A stretch of DNA of 26,185 nt from a virus (lineage: Duplodnaviria > Caudoviricetes). The notes below the pieces were generated by a model. It ran no database searches. It saw only the letters and a list, made by a program, of their open reading frames with translations, and had not been told where the DNA came from. This document shows, one piece after another, positions 23,354-26,185 of the stretch; within the stretch, counting starts at the first letter, position 1, and every line of letters starts with the position of its first letter. The position numbers were made by a program, and so were the translations under genes. The DNA is taken from the IMG/VR virus record IMGVR_UViG_3300017913_002299, positions 1 to 26,185 of that record. The stretch is one strand, 5' to 3'.

Positions 23354-25978
23354 TTATCCTTTTAAAGCTGCTGTGGGTGGAGTGAAGTTTGCTGTGTATC
23401 TTGCTAGACCTTTTGTGAATCTGACATCAGAGAAAAATCCTGTAAGAGTATATAGTGCTGAAGCTCCGCTATTGTATCTTGCTCCGATACGATAAGTTGT
23501 TGTTGTTTGAGTAAAATTAGACACAGTTGTATGAGTATCTGTTTGTAAAGTTCCGTCTACAAAAGCTCGTAACGTTGTTCCATCTGAAGTTACTGCAATA
23601 TGTACCCACGCATTTGTTGGACGAGTACTGTTCCAGCTAATCAGAGTAGTTTGAGTGTCTGAATAAATTTGATCATAAGACACACTAATCCCTCTTGCAT
23701 TTGAATTAGTGTTATTATTGCTTCCGGAGAAAAATCCTCCATAAGTATTATAATTTGTAACATAAAACCACCCTTCCATAGTAAATACGCTTCCAAGAGC
23801 TTCAGGTAGTTCAATTTGTACGTTTGGATTTGTTCCTGTGAGTTGAACAGAAGAATCAAGATACTTAGTCTGAGTTGTAGAAGCAGTAGAGCTTCCTTCT
23901 ACTTTAACAAATTCACACGACTGAGACTTATCAATAATTGCTGCATTCGTAGCGTGAAGTAAAAAGTCAGTATCGCTTGTCGCTGTAAGAGGCGCAGTTG
24001 GAGGAGTAAACTCTTGAGTCGGAGGGTTAGTAGGAGTATAAGACGATGATACCCCATAGATATCATGATCCGATACACGAACGTCTGACAGTAGCCCATC
24101 AAAATAGTTTCCAGGATTAAGAGAGCTTCCATCAAATTCACAGCCGATTCCAAAAGCACAACCAGCAAGAGCAGGTTGAGAAGCTGATGGGTTGTAGCTA
24201 TTTACATGATAACCATTTATATAGTATCTTAATCCGTTATAGCCTCTATGATAAACTAAAGCAACATGAGACCATTGCTTTGCTACTAAATCTGTGAGAT
24301 TTGTATAATCGGTTCCGTCTATTCGAATTTGCTTAGGTCCTAATGTAATTACATTAAGGCCGTCACTTGTTCTATTACAACCAAAAAACTCTTCACTTGT
24401 AGTGCCCGTTCCCCCCAAATTATTTGGGTATACCCAAGCTTCTAGTGTCCATTCTGTATCTCCTGAGGTCATAGAGTCAAGTGCAGTATCTGCGCGAAGA
24501 TAAGCATTTGTACCATTAAAGAAAATACTTCCTCCATCAGTAGAGCTCGTATACTCATTTCCATTATCATAAGGAGTAAAAGGCTCCATTGAAACATTAC
24601 CATTTGAAGTAAGTTTATGATTATTTGTAGAACCGTCAGCAAGATAGGGTAAGTTACCTAGCAGCAAGCTTGTATTTGTTATTGCTGTGAGTCGTTCTTC
24701 TGGAGGAGTAAAGGCTGCTGTATAAACTGCTGTGCCTTTTACAACTCGAAGATCAGTAATATACCCATCTAAATCAGAACCCGCTCCATTATCCCAGCTT
24801 CCTATTTCAAAGTTTTCTAATGCAGTAGAGAAATCAGTCGTATTTGTAAATGCTGCTCCTTCAGCTACTCCATCAATGTAAAGTTGACAAGAATTACTAG
24901 AATCTCTAACAAGTGCAATATGGTGCCATTCGCCTATGATATTTGTTGTTCCTACGCGTACTTCTGAGCCTCCCATCCATACTCGAACAACATTTGCCTT
25001 TGCTCCAAAAATAAATTTTTGATTACTTTGATATTGCCCAAGAAATGCATCTGTATAAGTTGAGCCTGTAGATCTTACATACGCCCAGCACTCAACAGTA
25101 AATGCACCACTTCCCATTAAATCTACTGCAGGGCCTTCAATGAAGTCATTGCTACTATCAAACTGCCAAGAATACCCACTTTGTCTAAACGGACTAAAGC
25201 TGCCTTGAGTTGCATCTCCATACGCAGTAATTGTATGAGAGTTTCCACTTGAATCTATAAAATCATTATTATCTGCATTATTTGCTCCTACTGAAGTAAT
25301 TAGAGCAGTAGTATACTTGCTATTTGTAATACTAAACGTAAGAGTAAAAGTTGATACTGAAGAAGCAATATTTACTCCGTCAGATGCGCGGAAAGTAAGA
25401 CTAAATGAGCCTCCATTTGCGTTATTTGTTGAAGGTGTAATCGTAAATACGTTACTACTACTTCCTGTACCTTGAGTAACAGTTGCAATGTTTCCAGAAG
25501 TATCACTAGCAATACTATAAGTAATTGGAACACCTTCTGGGTCTGTAGCAGTAATCGTTACGGTAGTTGCAGTGCCATCAGTTGCAAGAGCATAGCTTGA
25601 AGATACTCCTGATATAGTTGGATTTGTATTAATAAGTGCAATATTATACCAACCACTACCATTCCAAAGGTAGAGTCGATTTGTAGCAGTTACAAATGCC
25701 ATATCCCCTGCATTTGCAGTTCCTGGTAGCAGGTCTGCAGTTGCGTAAACTGTGACACCACTTGGGTCAGCAAATTCAAGAGCTGTAGCTCCTGAGTTTA
25801 CTTTTGCAATTTGTCCCGCAGTTCCCAGAGTCGAAGGAGTGTCTGATAATCCAGTAAACTCTGTTACACCAGAGCCTGAGCTATTCCACACACCCGCAGT
25901 CGCGTCATATGTAAATGTTTTTCCGCCTGCAGTATGCGTATCACCGTCTGAAGGACTATTTGGAAAATTAATTGCCAT
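23354..25978 (-). CDS. Tail-fibre/adhesin-like virion protein with three LamG domains, paralog of 18102-20678
   Basis: MAINFPNSPSDG, F.GLSDTPS..G.AGQ..KVNS, TNRLYLWNGSGWYNIALINT, DPEGVPITYSIASDTSGNIATVTQGTG, three LamG-like units, ends TKGLARYTANFTPPTAAL. Confidence 0.8.
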   Translation of the reverse strand: MAINFPNSPSDGDTHTAGGKTFTYDATAGVWNSSGSGVTEFTGLSDTPSTLGTAGQIAKVNSGATALEFADPSGVTVYATADLLPGTANAGDMAFVTATNRLYLWNGSGWYNIALINTNPTISGVSSSYALATDGTATTVTITATDPEGVPITYSIASDTSGNIATVTQGTGSSSNVFTITPSTNNANGGSFSLTFRASDGVNIASSVSTFTLTFSITNSKYTTALITSVGANNADNNDFIDSSGNSHTITAYGDATQGSFSPFRQSGYSWQFDSSNDFIEGPAVDLMGSGAFTVECWAYVRSTGSTYTDAFLGQYQSNQKFIFGAKANVVRVWMGGSEVRVGTTNIIGEWHHIALVRDSSNSCQLYIDGVAEGAAFTNTTDFSTALENFEIGSWDNGAGSDLDGYITDLRVVKGTAVYTAAFTPPEERLTAITNTSLLLGNLPYLADGSTNNHKLTSNGNVSMEPFTPYDNGNEYTSSTDGGSIFFNGTNAYLRADTALDSMTSGDTEWTLEAWVYPNNLGGTGTTSEEFFGCNRTSDGLNVITLGPKQIRIDGTDYTNLTDLVAKQWSHVALVYHRGYNGLRYYINGYHVNSYNPSASQPALAGCAFGIGCEFDGSSLNPGNYFDGLLSDVRVSDHDIYGVSSSYTPTNPPTQEFTPPTAPLTATSDTDFLLHATNAAIIDKSQSCEFVKVEGSSTASTTQTKYLDSSVQLTGTNPNVQIELPEALGSVFTMEGWFYVTNYNTYGGFFSGSNNNTNSNARGISVSYDQIYSDTQTTLISWNSTRPTNAWVHIAVTSDGTTLRAFVDGTLQTDTHTTVSNFTQTTTTYRIGARYNSGASALYTLTGFFSDVRFTKGLARYTANFTPPTAALKG
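23382..23407. repeat. 26-bp exact repeat (copy 2)
   Basis: Identical to 18130-18155. Confidence 0.9.
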
Positions 25979-25989
25979 TGTCTTATTCC

Positions 25990-26184
25990 TTATACGTTTT
26001 TAGTGCTTCCTTGGGTTATATTTGTCCATGTAGGATTTCCTGCCGTTTGAGCAGAGTTAAGAGTAGCATAAGTAACCCAATTACTTGTGCTATAATTACT
26101 ACCCAAAGCCCCATCATAGTACTGCAAGTATATTTGTTGAGGACATCTAGTGGGACGACCTCCCACAAAAGTTCTTAAATTTAC
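25990..26184 (-). CDS. 3' end of an upstream gene truncated by the window edge, probably another fibre/adhesin
   Basis: Minus-strand frame VNLRTFVGGRPTRCPQQIYLQYYDGALGSNYSTSNWVTYATLNSAQTAGNPTWTNITQGSTKNV*. Its TAA overlaps the AAGGA SD of the next gene, and it has the S/T/N/G-rich composition of the other fibres. Confidence 0.7.
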   Translation of the reverse strand, partial: VNLRTFVGGRPTRCPQQIYLQYYDGALGSNYSTSNWVTYATLNSAQTAGNPTWTNITQGSTKNV

Positions 26185-26185
26185 A

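Noticed and set aside
18102-25978. Diversity-generating retroelement or invertible shufflon acting on the fibre genes
   Set aside because: No reverse transcriptase or site-specific recombinase in the window. The repeats are direct and coding, and their differences are mostly synonymous rather than adenine-specific. Such elements could still lie outside the window.
26088-26096. TGCTATAAT extended -10-like sequence on the + strand
   Set aside because: No -35 box or A-tract like P1-P4. It lies antisense within AT-rich coding sequence and is probably chance.
26150-26166. Inverted repeat GTGGGA-CGACC-TCCCAC
   Set aside because: 6-bp stem inside an open minus-strand frame with no U-tract in that gene's direction. 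Insufficient evidence for a terminator.
25972-26178. 68-aa + strand ORF in the track
   Set aside because: Antisense to a minus-strand frame whose composition and stop/SD coupling fit the fibre operon better.
1-26185. tRNA, rRNA, CRISPR array, homing endonuclease, intein or stop-codon recoding
   Set aside because: None seen. Intergenic gaps are short, pol/nrdA/helicases are uninterrupted, and TAA, TGA and TAG all end well-supported genes.

Overview
A 26 kb segment of a T5-like (Demerecviridae-type) lytic phage genome, probably marine or environmental. The + strand (1-18089) carries the T5-syntenic replication/recombination block: PC4-like fragment, split NAD-dependent ligase (ligA/ligB), D5, D6 DnaB-type helicase, primase, family A DNA polymerase, D10 SF2 helicase, D11 SSB, D12/D13 (SbcD/SbcC), D14 resolvase and D15 flap endonuclease. 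A compact class Ia ribonucleotide reductase (nrdA/nrdB) and two small paralogous coiled-coil genes follow. Four near-consensus sigma70 promoters (TTGAC[T/A]-17 bp-TATAAT, shared upstream A-tract) punctuate this block. A bidirectional terminator at ~18071-18103 separates it from a convergent - strand array of four complete modular fibre/adhesin-like genes plus one truncated gene. Three signals stand out. (1) In three promoters the -35/spacer sequence is complementary to the downstream Shine-Dalgarno (SD) and in two cases the AUG, so read-through mRNA could occlude the ribosome site while promoter-initiated mRNA would not. (2) An overprinted 80-aa ORF carries a QLELPL beta-clamp-type motif inside a small cassette between helicase and primase. 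(3) The fibre array has a shared N-terminal module, conserved linkers and exchangeable lectin-like heads. All family assignments come from motifs and synteny read by eye; no database searches or folding calculations were run.
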